Assembly: GCA_038065415.1 (NCBI GenBank)
Contig: JBBTRA010000004.1
Location: forward strand, 26,092 to 90,091
From: Patescibacteria group bacterium
GTDB taxonomy: Bacteria > Patescibacteriota > Minisyncoccia > Phycocordibacterales > PALSA-1337
Reading direction: 5' to 3'
DNA length: 64,000 bases
Position 1 is the first letter of the stretch. Each line of letters starts with the position of its first letter. The position numbers and the translations under genes were made by a program. Under the pieces are notes generated by a model, which saw nothing but the letters and a program-made list of their open reading frames with translations, did no database searches and was not told the origin of the DNA. This document shows, piece by piece, positions 46,394-56,276 of the stretch.

Positions 46394-46624
46394 TCAGTTA
46401 GTTTTTGCGGGGACCTCCTTTCGTTTTCGCAACTTGAGGTCTGCGTGGCTAGACTGTTTTCCCGGAGCACAGCGCGGGCATTTCGCACGGAAGTGGAGGA
46501 TGGCGTCCTTGTCGGGACCATACTTCCTCTCCAGCTTTGCCAGCATGTCCGGGGTAATGAACTGCTTGAAGTGATCTTCCTTCACCTCGTATTCAGGGCA
46601 TGCCTCACATCGAAACAGGAACAT
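46394..46624 (-). CDS. small zinc-ribbon protein (CxxC...CxxC)
   Basis: 'RCEACPEY...AKCPRCAPG'. Confidence 0.35.
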   Translation of the reverse strand: MFLFRCEACPEYEVKEDHFKQFITPDMLAKLERKYGPDKDAILHFRAKCPRCAPGKQSSHADLKLRKRKEVPAKTN

Positions 46625-47120
46625 ACGACTTCCTCTCCTTTCCGAAGGTAAGCGGCGGAGCAGTAATAGCCGGCTGCTTCATCCAATGGAAGGCATCGGC
46701 GATATCCTTTGCCGAAAATTCGAAGTCGTTCGCTACATCTTGGAGATGCACGACCACATTCGCCTTCGCTCGGTCCTTCTGCTCCTTCATCGTCACGTCG
46801 ATCGTGATCACGATGCCCTCGAACTCGAACCAGGCATCGACCCCATGTATGAGGTCGAGCGGAGTACCGACAGCGGTATACAGCTTGAGCTGCTTGCTAT
46901 CAGCAATCTTGAGCTCGCGCGCAACCGCACCGTGAAGCATACGCGCTCCCGAGAGACGCGGGGCAGAAGGGTTGTCGGTTTGATTGTCGCGCGCCATATT
47001 CATAGCATCACGATAATTGACATACCCCTTGCCATCCCAGCATACCCGACAGGTGCCGAGGAATTCCTCTTCAGCTATGTGGCCTGTCTCGCCACTGTTA
47101 CTGTAAAACCTTCCACTCAT
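46605..47120 (-). CDS. hypothetical protein
   Basis: The start is at MSGRFYSN. A strong promoter lies upstream. Confidence 0.4.
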   Translation of the reverse strand: MSGRFYSNSGETGHIAEEEFLGTCRVCWDGKGYVNYRDAMNMARDNQTDNPSAPRLSGARMLHGAVARELKIADSKQLKLYTAVGTPLDLIHGVDAWFEFEGIVITIDVTMKEQKDRAKANVVVHLQDVANDFEFSAKDIADAFHWMKQPAITAPPLTFGKERKSYVPVSM

Positions 47121-47404
47121 ATTTATTCTTTCTGTTGATTGTTGATGTTGTTCAGTAGAGGCGCGTCCTTTTGGGATGAAACTCCCGGAGGATACCCTTG
47201 AATGCGGATGGCGAACTTTCCGCGCCACGACATACTAGACGGATGTGCAGGGCGATATGAACGAAACTGCTATTCACAGCCAAGTTCACTGCCCATTGAG
47301 AGATCTTATTCTTCATACCAATTTTCTGTTTTCAAAGATTCGGGCGTTGTGTGTGTTCAACCCGTAGATATGGCGCCGTATTTCAGACCATCATATCTGT
47401 GTAT

Positions 47405-47434
47405 ATTATAGCATATTTAATGCCATAATGTCAA
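47405..47434 (-). promoter_or_regulatory. sigma-70 promoter TTGACA-18-TATAAT (minus strand)
   Basis: The reverse complement of 47399..47437 reads cttgacattatggcattaaatatgctataatatac. Confidence 0.5.
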
Positions 47435-47444
47435 GTAAACGTAA

Positions 47445-47474
47445 AGCCGCGCTCATCTTGCGATGAGCGCGGCT
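47445..47474 (-). terminator. terminator hairpin (13-bp stem)
   Basis: agccgcgctcatc-ttgc-gatgagcgcggct, downstream of gene 47479..47733. Confidence 0.45.
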
Positions 47475-47478
47475 GGGA

Positions 47479-47733
47479 TCACGTTTTTGGCCGCTTGATG
47501 CGGTGTAAATAAGGAACAATGAGTCCCGGGTACAAGCACAGGAACCGTGTGCGGTTCAGGAGGGTATCTGTGGCGAGCATTTGCACGATCGCCTCACGAT
47601 GAGTCCCTTCCCTGATTCGCTCTTTGAGCTGTGCGTGGAGCAGGCTGAGCCTCTCGTCTCCATCTCGAGCCTTGATCGCATCGATGAGGTCCTGGAGGAG
47701 TTGATCGTATTTCTGCTTCTTAGGCTCGGACAT
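47479..47733 (-). CDS. hypothetical small protein
   Basis: ORF only. Confidence 0.3.
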   Translation of the reverse strand: MSEPKKQKYDQLLQDLIDAIKARDGDERLSLLHAQLKERIREGTHREAIVQMLATDTLLNRTRFLCLYPGLIVPYLHRIKRPKT

Positions 47734-48091
47734 ACGACCTTTCTCCTTGGAGCATCGTCCGAACCTGGGCGACACCTGCGAGAAGCTGGTTACGATTTGG
47801 GATTTCCATCCCGAACCAAGCACCGAACTCCTTCAAGGACTGGATCATCTCCGCTTTCGCACCGGGTTCGCCGACGCAGAGCGGGATGAACTGTTTGCGC
47901 TGCAATGAGTTCTTGAGGAACTCCTTCGCGCCTGTGACGGAGGCTTTCACCTGCACGCCACCGAATCCAGGAACCACGACATCTTTGCCGTGATCATTGA
48001 ATCCGCCGTTGACCGTTCCACCGAATGCGTGCGCATATGCGGTTTCGAAGTCATCGCCGATGAAATCGGCTGTCGTTCTAATCGTTTTCAT
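47720..48091 (-). CDS. hypothetical protein
   Basis: ORF only. It has an upstream promoter-like TTGAGT-16-TATATA(AT) on the minus strand. Confidence 0.3.
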   Translation of the reverse strand: MKTIRTTADFIGDDFETAYAHAFGGTVNGGFNDHGKDVVVPGFGGVQVKASVTGAKEFLKNSLQRKQFIPLCVGEPGAKAEMIQSLKEFGAWFGMEIPNRNQLLAGVAQVRTMLQGERSYVRA

Positions 48092-48266
48092 GAATAACTG
48101 TCTTTCTGGGTTGAGTGTTGATTTTTCAAAGTATTCAGATATCCCTTGTGGATGCCTGCAGATCCGATATGTCATCGTATCTTTGTATAGTATACCACAT
48201 TATATACTAATTTGTCAAGTATACTCAAGCCGCCACAACCGCTCTATAGAGGCCCCTTTCCCATAC

Positions 48267-48294
48267 CAAAAACCCCCTATTTCAGGGGGTTTTT
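48267..48294. terminator. bidirectional intrinsic terminator
   Basis: aaaaa-accccct-atttc-agggggt-ttttt. Confidence 0.6.
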
Positions 48295-48334
48295 GTAACA
48301 TTTCTATATTTGGAGGCTCGCACCCGTCTAAGCC

Positions 48335-49738
48335 TTATATCTTCGGCCTGTTGAAGAGAAGATATACCACGGTACCAAAGAGGACGAGGATGATCAGGAT
48401 GGCCACCCAACCCCATGGAACATTCTTGAGTGAGAAGAGGGCTGCGGCCGAGAGACCATTGTCATCATCGGTCGGAACTGGCGCAGGCTTCACTGTTGTG
48501 CCTGATGAAGGAGAATAGACCGTGACGCTCGTGCTACATGCGCGGGTCTCAGAACGACCATCAGCGGACTTGACCGTGATGATAGCAGTCTTGTTCCCTG
48601 CAGAACCATAGTATTTGGTAACTGTGCTTGTGTTGCCCGAGAGATCATCGCTACCGCTCCAGATGTAGGTGTACGGAGTGATGCCACCGGTGACTTCTGT
48701 GGTCCAGCTTGCAGGCTGATTGACTGCAACGCTGCGAGGATTTGAGTAACATGCGATATCGAGACCGCTATTGTTATTTTGCGGATATGTAGGATACGGT
48801 GTGACATAGTATCCACCGACATTGATGGAACCACAATTCTGAGATACAGACCTACCACCAGAATAAACTGTGACCGAAGCCTGTTTGTATCCAGCATTGT
48901 TGTAGGTACGATAGACGGTCTGAGAATTACCATAGAGGTTGTCAGTACCATTCCAGGTATATGAGTATGAACCGCTACCACCCGAAGCAAATGCTGTCCA
49001 ACGAACTGAGCTGCCGACATTAGAACCGGTTACATTTGCAGAACAAGAAACAGACAATGGATATCGATTGTAGTCATTATCGTAATCGTAGTCGTTATCA
49101 TAGTCATAGTCTCTGTCTGGGCGAACATGAACGGATCCGTCACAGTTTCGTGAGACAGTCTTGCTTCCAGACCTGACGGTCACGGTTGCATTCTTGTAAC
49201 CATCGCTGGTATAGCGCTTGGAAACTGACTGGCCTGTGCCAGACAATCCATCGTTACCGTCCCATGAGAAATGGTACGAACCATTGCCTCCGTATGCCTG
49301 AGCCTGCCACGTGACGCGCTCTCCCTCATCGATCGTGAGTGGCATCGGGTAACATGAGACCTGAAGTGGTCCCTGGTTGTTATAGTCGTAATCGTAGTCG
49401 TTATCGTAGTTGTAGACCGGGGTATTGTACCCGACAGTTCCAACGGCGACGACGGCGCCTGGGCTGTTGATGTTGCTATTGACGTTATTGCTGTTCGTAT
49501 TGGTATACGTGTTGTTGACTGTCTGAGGATACGAATCATCATCGTCGAAGTCAGGAAGACCTGGCAACTGAGGAAGATCGGTATTGCCACTGATCACACA
49601 GAACGGATCGAGAAATCCGAGCGCCTTGATACACGCCTCGGCTTGTGCCGGTGCGACAGAGACCGCGCCGAGCATGAACGCGAACGTCATGCTTGCGAGG
49701 ACGATGTATTTAGATGTCGTAGTGTTGATATTGGTCAT
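48335..49738 (-). CDS. cell-surface protein with three PKD-like repeats, DY-repeat linkers, signal peptide and C-terminal TM anchor
   Basis: Three ~85 aa repeats follow the pattern (W.A.A.GG.GSY.Y.W.G.D.L.G...V...Y...G.K...VTV.S). The linkers are 'YDNDYDYDYNN' and 'RDYDYDNDYDYDNDY'. An N-terminal signal and a C-terminal hydrophobic anchor are present. Confidence 0.55.
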   Translation of the reverse strand: MTNINTTTSKYIVLASMTFAFMLGAVSVAPAQAEACIKALGFLDPFCVISGNTDLPQLPGLPDFDDDDSYPQTVNNTYTNTNSNNVNSNINSPGAVVAVGTVGYNTPVYNYDNDYDYDYNNQGPLQVSCYPMPLTIDEGERVTWQAQAYGGNGSYHFSWDGNDGLSGTGQSVSKRYTSDGYKNATVTVRSGSKTVSRNCDGSVHVRPDRDYDYDNDYDYDNDYNRYPLSVSCSANVTGSNVGSSVRWTAFASGGSGSYSYTWNGTDNLYGNSQTVYRTYNNAGYKQASVTVYSGGRSVSQNCGSINVGGYYVTPYPTYPQNNNSGLDIACYSNPRSVAVNQPASWTTEVTGGITPYTYIWSGSDDLSGNTSTVTKYYGSAGNKTAIITVKSADGRSETRACSTSVTVYSPSSGTTVKPAPVPTDDDNGLSAAALFSLKNVPWGWVAILIILVLFGTVVYLLFNRPKI

Positions 49739-49917
49739 ATGGTTTCAGCATATCCCTCCCATGCGGCCTTGTAAAGCCGCACAATCAAGGATATAGGCTC
49801 TTAAATGTGTAACGTCAGCACTATATACTATAATTGATAAAAAGTCAAGTCCTCATTCATATAAAAATCCCGAGCATCTCACAAAGTGAGACATTCGGGA
49901 TTAACCAAAAAAAATCT

Positions 49918-50589
49918 TCAACCTTTTCTACCCACAAGATCAAGGAGCCAATTTTGCAATCGAGACTCAGGAGGAGCGATGAAATGCATCCAGAGCATCG
50001 CGGCTTCCCAGAACCAATAACGCAACGGTCCTTTACTGACCGGTACAAACAGGATGTCTGCTCGTTTTGGCTCTGGTATGGCTTTTGTTGCTCTTCGCCA
50101 CAAGAGACATATCCGTGCAATATGGGGTGCCAAACCTATGACTGCATGTTTGGAAGAACCTAGCCGCCAGATTTCCTTCTGAGTCTCTTTGACTTCACCG
50201 AAGGTTTCTCGCACCGACCGGTTTCGTGCAACGATAACTTGGACTCCATGATTTGGGCCAAACCTGTTGACCAAGGCATCACGGTACATCTCAGCTTCCG
50301 TTCGTAATTCCCCTGGTACAGTATTTCCCACGCTCAAAATCAGAGGGATGTTGTGACTCGCAGCCACGTTATAGCCTTTTGTCAACACGAGCCAACCTCT
50401 GTATGGAACGACGGAATTACGTGGTTTATATGTGTGGACCGAAACAGTCTGAATGTTCTTCCAATGAAGCTTGTACTCTTCAAGCTGATTTCGAGCCACG
50501 ATCCACATACAGAGCATTGTTACCCCACAAGCAGCAAGTCCAAATAGGAAAATACCTGCAAACACATACACGACGATGTGCATATTCAT
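49918..50589 (-). CDS. DUF218 (YdcF/ElyC/SanA-like) membrane-associated protein
   Basis: An N-terminal TM segment, 'LILSVGNTVPGE' and 'TEAEMYRDALVNRFG'. Confidence 0.4.
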   Translation of the reverse strand: MNMHIVVYVFAGIFLFGLAACGVTMLCMWIVARNQLEEYKLHWKNIQTVSVHTYKPRNSVVPYRGWLVLTKGYNVAASHNIPLILSVGNTVPGELRTEAEMYRDALVNRFGPNHGVQVIVARNRSVRETFGEVKETQKEIWRLGSSKHAVIGLAPHIARICLLWRRATKAIPEPKRADILFVPVSKGPLRYWFWEAAMLWMHFIAPPESRLQNWLLDLVGRKG

Positions 50590-50680
50590 TTTTTGATGTC
50601 CTTTGTTTGTTTTGCTAAAAAATTTATAGCATTTTTATTATCATTTGTCAATAACACCCCTCCTTTGCTACAATATCCCC

Positions 50681-51988
50681 ATGTCAAAAGACGCCAAAAA
50701 ACTATCAACAGACTCCTACAAGGGAGTCCGCGACTTCTTCCCTGCCGAAATGGCCGTCGAGAAGTACATTTTCGACATCTGGAGGAAGACCGTCGAGAAG
50801 TATGGATACGAAGAATACGGAGCGTCTGTGTTGGAACCAGCAGAGCTCTATCAGGCAAAGTCCGGCGAAGAGATCGTCAGCCAGCAAACTTATACCTTCC
50901 AGGATCGCGGCGAGCGCCAAGTGACGCTCCGCCCCGAGATGACTCCGACACTCGCGCGTATGGTGGCAGCCCGTAAGCGCGAACTCACCTTCCCTCTCCG
51001 TTGGTATTCCATACCTAACCTCTTCCGCTATGAGCAACCTCAGCGTGGTCGCGTACGTGAACATTGGCAGCTCAATGTTGATATCTTCGGCGTCGATTCT
51101 ATTTCTGCGGAGATCGAAACCATCAACATCGCCTATGACATCATGAAGGCGTACGGACTCAAGGATACCGACTTTGAAATCCGTATCAATAACAGAAAGC
51201 TGATGAACTACGTCACCAGAGATGTATTCGGGCTGGATGAAACTACCGCACAAACGATCGCCAAGCTCATAGACAAGAAAGACAAGGTCAAACAAGAATG
51301 GTTTGAAGCGGCCGCTACAGAAGTGCTCGGTGACAAAACAAAGGCATTCCTTACACTGCTCAATAGCAAGAACTTCGAGGAATTCACCACCAATCTCCAG
51401 CAGACAAAAGAAGAACATGTTGGACTCAAGGAGATTCGTGCCGTCATTGCTGGCCTCGAACGCCTCGGAATCACCAATGCCCGTTTCGATCAGACATTGA
51501 TGCGCGGCTTCGACTACTATACCGGCATCGTCTTCGAGATATATGACTTGAACCCCGTCAACCGTCGCTCAGTATTTGGAGGAGGACGATATGATGACCT
51601 GCTTTCCCTCTTCGGCAATGACAAAGTTTCTGCCGTTGGTTTTGGCGCTGGTGACGTCATCGCTCGTGACCTCATGGAGACATACGGAACCCTTCCCAAG
51701 AATGAATCTCCGGCCGATCTGGCTCTCATCGTAGTTGGAGACCAGAATACCCCGTATGCACTCGAGCTCGCGCAGTCACTCCGCAACCAGGGTATCAAAG
51801 TTGCTGTAGATCTTTCGAACAAGAAAGTAGGTGATCAAATCAAGAATGCAGACAAGCGCGGAATTCTCCGGATCATTTGTATTGGTGATGAAGAGACAGG
51901 CACAGGTACGCTCAAAATGAAGACATTGGCGAGTGGCGAAGAAGTTTCCGGTACTGATACAGACATCGTAAAAATATTGACAAAATAG
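50681..51988 (+). CDS. hisS: histidyl-tRNA synthetase
   Basis: Class II motifs 'GVRDFFP' and 'LRPEMTPTLARM', plus the HisRS 'RWYSIPNLFRYEQPQRGRVREHWQLNVDIFG' and an anticodon-binding C-terminus. Confidence 0.9.
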   Translation: MSKDAKKLSTDSYKGVRDFFPAEMAVEKYIFDIWRKTVEKYGYEEYGASVLEPAELYQAKSGEEIVSQQTYTFQDRGERQVTLRPEMTPTLARMVAARKRELTFPLRWYSIPNLFRYEQPQRGRVREHWQLNVDIFGVDSISAEIETINIAYDIMKAYGLKDTDFEIRINNRKLMNYVTRDVFGLDETTAQTIAKLIDKKDKVKQEWFEAAATEVLGDKTKAFLTLLNSKNFEEFTTNLQQTKEEHVGLKEIRAVIAGLERLGITNARFDQTLMRGFDYYTGIVFEIYDLNPVNRRSVFGGGRYDDLLSLFGNDKVSAVGFGAGDVIARDLMETYGTLPKNESPADLALIVVGDQNTPYALELAQSLRNQGIKVAVDLSNKKVGDQIKNADKRGILRIICIGDEETGTGTLKMKTLASGEEVSGTDTDIVKILTK

Positions 51989-52043
51989 GATATTAGAGTC
52001 AATATAATATCCAGACTTCTAAACCACAAAACGAAAGGTCCCT

Positions 52044-52490
52044 GTGAATCCTGTTCTTACTAAACCCCGTATTCTGATTGTCGGTGCCCATCTTCGCTAT
52101 CATGTATATTATTTGGACGCTCTCGAGATGTTCGATTGCCAATCGGTAAACATCGGTATCGGGTCAAATGACCTCTTCGCCGGGAAAATCGAGGGTCTGT
52201 CAGCTGTCGTTTTCGATCTGTACTACAACCGAGTTCCGGCCGACATGTCGATCGACAGATGTGCGGACGGGTTTCTCGCTGGCCCAAGGATGATTGAGCG
52301 TCTCCTGCCATTGTACCCCAACACCGCATTCTTCCTGTTCGGCGGAGCACTGCAAAGCATCGTCAAAGCTGGAGAAAACGTTTTTTTCCTCAAGCTCGTG
52401 CGCGAAACGACCTTGGAAAAATTCGGTAAGGATCTCACCGCTCAAATGACGGCGCGCCTCAAGCGGGAGGAAGCGGCGGCCTTGATATGA
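52044..52490 (+). CDS. hypothetical protein (possibly receiver-like fold)
   Basis: 'RILIVGAH' opens a CheY-like beta-alpha pattern without a clear phospho-Asp. It is convergent with the histidine kinase. Confidence 0.3.
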   Translation: MNPVLTKPRILIVGAHLRYHVYYLDALEMFDCQSVNIGIGSNDLFAGKIEGLSAVVFDLYYNRVPADMSIDRCADGFLAGPRMIERLLPLYPNTAFFLFGGALQSIVKAGENVFFLKLVRETTLEKFGKDLTAQMTARLKREEAAALI

Positions 52491-52506
52491 GCGACTAATC
52501 CAACCA

Positions 52507-52530
52507 ACCGAGATGTATCTCGGTTTTTTA
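52507..52530. terminator. bidirectional intrinsic terminator
   Basis: accgagat-gt-atctcggt followed by TTTTTT. Confidence 0.55.
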
Positions 52531-52535
52531 TTTTA

Positions 52536-54110
52536 TTATTTCAATATTGCTGGCAACACAACACTGAATGTAGAGCCCTTCCCTTCACCCTCAGACGATA
52601 TCTCAATCTTTCCGCCATGGCGTCGAGCAATAGACTGAGCGAGATAGAGCCCAACACCAAAACCTTCCGTATCGACGCTTTTTGCCAACTTGGTGCGATA
52701 GAATTTGGAGAAGACGCGAGACATATCTTCTCGTGCGATACCGATACCACTATCGGTAACAGCAATGTGAGCCTTGGACCCAGCAACGAAAACGTGCACA
52801 GTCACTTTGCCGCCTTCGGGTGTGTATGCAGCGGCATTCTCAAGCAGGGTCTGAATAACGAACTGCATACGCTTTTTGTCTATATGTGCCTGAATCCCTG
52901 GTGAACCGCAAACCAGCGTCAAGAGTATATGCTTGTCATCGAAAGCGGGTTTGAATGTCGAGACCATACCTTGAACGAGCGGGCACACTTCCATTGTTTC
53001 GAAGGTATACTGACCTCCACCTCCTCGGTCTGTATCGGTCAGCTCCACAAGTGCTCCTGTCAAATCAATGAGCTTGTTGCTCGAATCATGCAGGTTTGAA
53101 AGAGATGCTTTCTTCTCCGAGTTATCTTCAACAGCGATCATCTCTTCTAGTGTCCACTTTGCTTGTGTAAGTGGAGTACGGAATTTGTGGGCAATGATGG
53201 TGATGAACTCATACTTGAGAAGGTCGCTCTCACGAAGTTTGTTCCAGAAAAACACACCGATGAACACCCCAATGATTGACGATGCGAGCGGCACAGCCCA
53301 TATCGGGAAACCAGGAATAATCGATTGCAGGAAATATGTGAGTGCATTGGAAAAACTGATGAATCCGACCAAAACAGCAAGTGTCAGACCGTAGATGAAC
53401 GCGCGTTGAATAATGAATCGCACCTCGAGAAGCTGGTAGCGCACCACAGCGTAGGCAATAATCAATGGGAAGAAGCCGAAGAGACTCGCCCACATCGGAT
53501 CGAACTGGATGTCATAGACGAGCAATATAGCGGTAGAGCCAACAATAAAAGCGTACAATATCGCGATGAGTACGTAGAGGTAACGGTTCTTCTTGACTGG
53601 ATCATTCTCATGTCGATACGCCCATGCCAACTCAGCAAAGTAATACGCACCGACCAGATTAAACCACAGTCTCGTCACCCACTGCAGAGGTCCCGGCTCA
53701 TAATAAAATGGAAAATACATTTTTGGAACTGAAGCCACGAGATACGTCTCGGGAAAGATGAGGTGGATCAAGAACAGAATGATTCCGGTAGTATATATGA
53801 GTGTGAGTATAGGTCTCCTCTGCTTGGCTTTGCCAATGAGCAACAGGAACCAGTGTGCCATGAATATATTGATCGGCATCATCGAGATATTGAACATAAA
53901 TATCTGACGCGATGATTCTGCATCTGGAGCCATGACCCCGAATACCTGCGATATCTGGAATACGGCAATCGATAGCGAGGTGAGCGCAAATGTCACTATG
54001 AGTGCATCGAGCTTCTTCCTGCGCACGAAGATGACCGCAAGCGGCAACACGATATTGAGGACTCCCCCGAAAAGGAACAGGATGTTATGAGTGAGCAGTT
54101 GGTAGTTCAT
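52536..54110 (-). CDS. sensor histidine kinase with multi-TM N-terminal sensor region
   Basis: Seven TM helices are followed by the H-box 'IAHKFRTPLT' and HATPase_c 'GGKIEISSEGEGKGSTFSVVLP'. The start is at MNYQLL. Confidence 0.65.
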   Translation of the reverse strand: MNYQLLTHNILFLFGGVLNIVLPLAVIFVRRKKLDALIVTFALTSLSIAVFQISQVFGVMAPDAESSRQIFMFNISMMPINIFMAHWFLLLIGKAKQRRPILTLIYTTGIILFLIHLIFPETYLVASVPKMYFPFYYEPGPLQWVTRLWFNLVGAYYFAELAWAYRHENDPVKKNRYLYVLIAILYAFIVGSTAILLVYDIQFDPMWASLFGFFPLIIAYAVVRYQLLEVRFIIQRAFIYGLTLAVLVGFISFSNALTYFLQSIIPGFPIWAVPLASSIIGVFIGVFFWNKLRESDLLKYEFITIIAHKFRTPLTQAKWTLEEMIAVEDNSEKKASLSNLHDSSNKLIDLTGALVELTDTDRGGGGQYTFETMEVCPLVQGMVSTFKPAFDDKHILLTLVCGSPGIQAHIDKKRMQFVIQTLLENAAAYTPEGGKVTVHVFVAGSKAHIAVTDSGIGIAREDMSRVFSKFYRTKLAKSVDTEGFGVGLYLAQSIARRHGGKIEISSEGEGKGSTFSVVLPAILK

Positions 54111-54159
54111 ATGAACGGCACCCACAGTATAGCAAATCCAGAAATTCCGTTGTTCACAT

Positions 54160-54771
54160 TTGCCTGAGAAGACTGCCTCCCGTACAATGGTCCCTATGCG
54201 CATCATCACCTTCGATATCGAGACCAAGAACATATTCCAGGATGTAGGCTCGAATGACCCCGCCGATCTCGATATATCTGTCATCTGCTTACATGACTCC
54301 CTCGATGGCAGCTTCACAAGTTATCTCGAAGCAGATTTTGGGAAACTCTGGCCGATACTCGAGCAAGCAGATGCCTTTGTCACCTGGAATGGAGATCATT
54401 TTGACATACCGTTACTCAATAAGTACTACCCAGGTGACTTGACCAAGATCAAGAGTATCGATCTCATGAAAGAGGTCCAACTCGTCCTTGGCAGGCGTCT
54501 CAAGCTCGATACCGTAGGTGAAGCGACACTCGGCAGGAATAAATCGGGTCACGGTCTCGATGCAATCGAATGGTGGAAGAACGGCGAAATCGACAAGATC
54601 ATCAAGTATTGTATCGAGGATGTACGACTCACTCGGGATCTCTACGACTTCGCGATGACACATAAATGCCTCAAATATAAAGAGCTGGGGACTCTGAAAG
54701 AAGTGAAGCTCGATACTTCGAAGTGGCTGGAAAAAGAAGAGAGTGCGCTGACATTCACCCTACCCTTCTGA
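54160..54771 (+). CDS. DEDDy-type 3'-5' exonuclease (RNase H-like, PolB-exonuclease-related)
   Basis: Exo I 'FDIET', Exo II 'WNGDHFDIPLL' and Exo III 'YCIEDVRLTRDLY'. Confidence 0.5.
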   Translation: MPEKTASRTMVPMRIITFDIETKNIFQDVGSNDPADLDISVICLHDSLDGSFTSYLEADFGKLWPILEQADAFVTWNGDHFDIPLLNKYYPGDLTKIKSIDLMKEVQLVLGRRLKLDTVGEATLGRNKSGHGLDAIEWWKNGEIDKIIKYCIEDVRLTRDLYDFAMTHKCLKYKELGTLKEVKLDTSKWLEKEESALTFTLPF

Positions 54772-54852
54772 TTATTGGATCTTTAGTTATTGGTTATTAT
54801 CCTTATAGTGGATTATAATTAGGAGGTACAAATCTAATCTCCTTTTCTCCTC

Positions 54853-55590
54853 ATGGACCAAAAACCTCAAGCCTCACTCACTCTCCCGGGCGCCATCATC
54901 ATCGCTGCTGCATTGATTTCTATTGCTATCATCTGGGTGAGAAAGCCCGCTGGTGCTCCATCAACTTCCAATCAACCGACGCTCAAGGAAGTTTCCATGG
55001 CCCCTGTCACATCTGCAGATCACATCCTCGGCAACCCGGACGCACCAATCAAGATTGTCGAATACTCTGACCCGTCCTGTCCCTACTGTAAAATATTTCA
55101 TCCTGTCATGAAAAAGGTCATCGATGAATACGGCCCATCCGGGAAGGTGGCTTGGGTGTACCGCTCGTTCCCTATCGATAAGCCAGGTTCACGCCCAGAT
55201 GGCGGGATCCTACACCCGAACGCTGGTTATGAAGCTCAGGCACAGGAGTGTGCTGCTGCTCTTGGTGGCAATGAAGCATTCTGGAAATTCACCGACCGTC
55301 TCTATGAAGTCACTCAGTCCGACCAAGGTATAACACTCGATCGTAGTGAGGCTCCGAAGATAGCAGCGTATATCGGACTCGATGCTATCAATTTCAATGA
55401 ATGCCTCTCGAGCGAGCGATTCAAGGGTAAGGTCGAGAAGAGTTATCTCGATGGGCTCAATGCAGGAGTCTCTGGTACGCCATATTCCATCATCATCACT
55501 CCGTCAGGCTCGAAGATACCACTCGTAGGCCTACAGAGCCATGCGACCCTCAAACAGGCTATAGATGCACTGCTCAGTGAGGTGAAGTAA
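54853..55590 (+). CDS. DsbA-family thiol:disulfide oxidoreductase (membrane-anchored)
   Basis: An N-terminal TM segment and the thioredoxin CxxC motif 'CPYC'. Confidence 0.65.
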   Translation: MDQKPQASLTLPGAIIIAAALISIAIIWVRKPAGAPSTSNQPTLKEVSMAPVTSADHILGNPDAPIKIVEYSDPSCPYCKIFHPVMKKVIDEYGPSGKVAWVYRSFPIDKPGSRPDGGILHPNAGYEAQAQECAAALGGNEAFWKFTDRLYEVTQSDQGITLDRSEAPKIAAYIGLDAINFNECLSSERFKGKVEKSYLDGLNAGVSGTPYSIIITPSGSKIPLVGLQSHATLKQAIDALLSEVK

Positions 55591-55642
55591 GGATCTTATA
55601 TAATGTGGCAAAAGAGCTCTCAACGGGGCTCTTTTCTATATA

Positions 55643-55672
55643 TTGACAATATGGTGTTAAATGTGCTATAAT
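55643..55672 (+). promoter_or_regulatory. sigma-70 promoter TTGACA-18-TATAAT
   Basis: tatattgacaatatggtgttaaatgtgctataatag, upstream of the pilin gene. Confidence 0.55.
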
Positions 55673-55774
55673 AGTACTAGTAAATACCTAACCCGTCGGA
55701 GGCTTGAACTAAGCTTTCCTCGGATGAGGAAAAGTGATCTTTCACAGCTGAAGACAAAAGAAAACACCTAGTAA

Positions 55775-56206
55775 ATGAACTCGAAGAAAACGTCAGCAGT
55801 TACACTCGTTGAAATCATGATCGTCGTCGCTATCCTTGGTCTCCTGGCAGCCATCGCGATCCCGAACTTCATGATGTCACGGGATGCAAGTCTGCGGGCA
55901 CGCGAAGAAGAAAAACGTGTTTACCTGGAGGTCGGCTCTGATAACCGCGAGCGCATCCAATTCTCAGGATCTGAAACGGGGATCGTGAATCGTATCTTGG
56001 AACTCCCCAACACTCCAATGAACCAACCATTCCCTATCGTCGAGATTATGGTGACGAATAACAGTGGTCACACTTATCTTCGAAGCTCGTTTCCGCAAAA
56101 TCCCGAAAAGCTCGCAAAGGGTGACGCGGTACTCGTCACGACGATTAGACATAGTGATATTGGCGGCAGTAAGCCGATTCACTTCGTGACCAAACTGCAT
56201 CAGTAA
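55775..56206 (+). CDS. type IV pilin-like protein (prepilin-type N-terminal domain)
   Basis: 'AVTLVEIMIVVAILGLLAAIAIPNF' (Gly to Ala at the cleavage position). Confidence 0.55.
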   Translation: MNSKKTSAVTLVEIMIVVAILGLLAAIAIPNFMMSRDASLRAREEEKRVYLEVGSDNRERIQFSGSETGIVNRILELPNTPMNQPFPIVEIMVTNNSGHTYLRSSFPQNPEKLAKGDAVLVTTIRHSDIGGSKPIHFVTKLHQ

Positions 56207-56222
56207 TCAATTGTCTTCAGCA

Positions 56223-56250
56223 AACCCCATGGAAAATTCCATGGGGTTTC
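56223..56250. terminator. bidirectional intrinsic terminator
   Basis: aaccccatgg-aaaatt-ccatggggtt. Confidence 0.6.
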
Positions 56251-56276
56251 TGCTATATGGATCTGCTAAGACCGCA

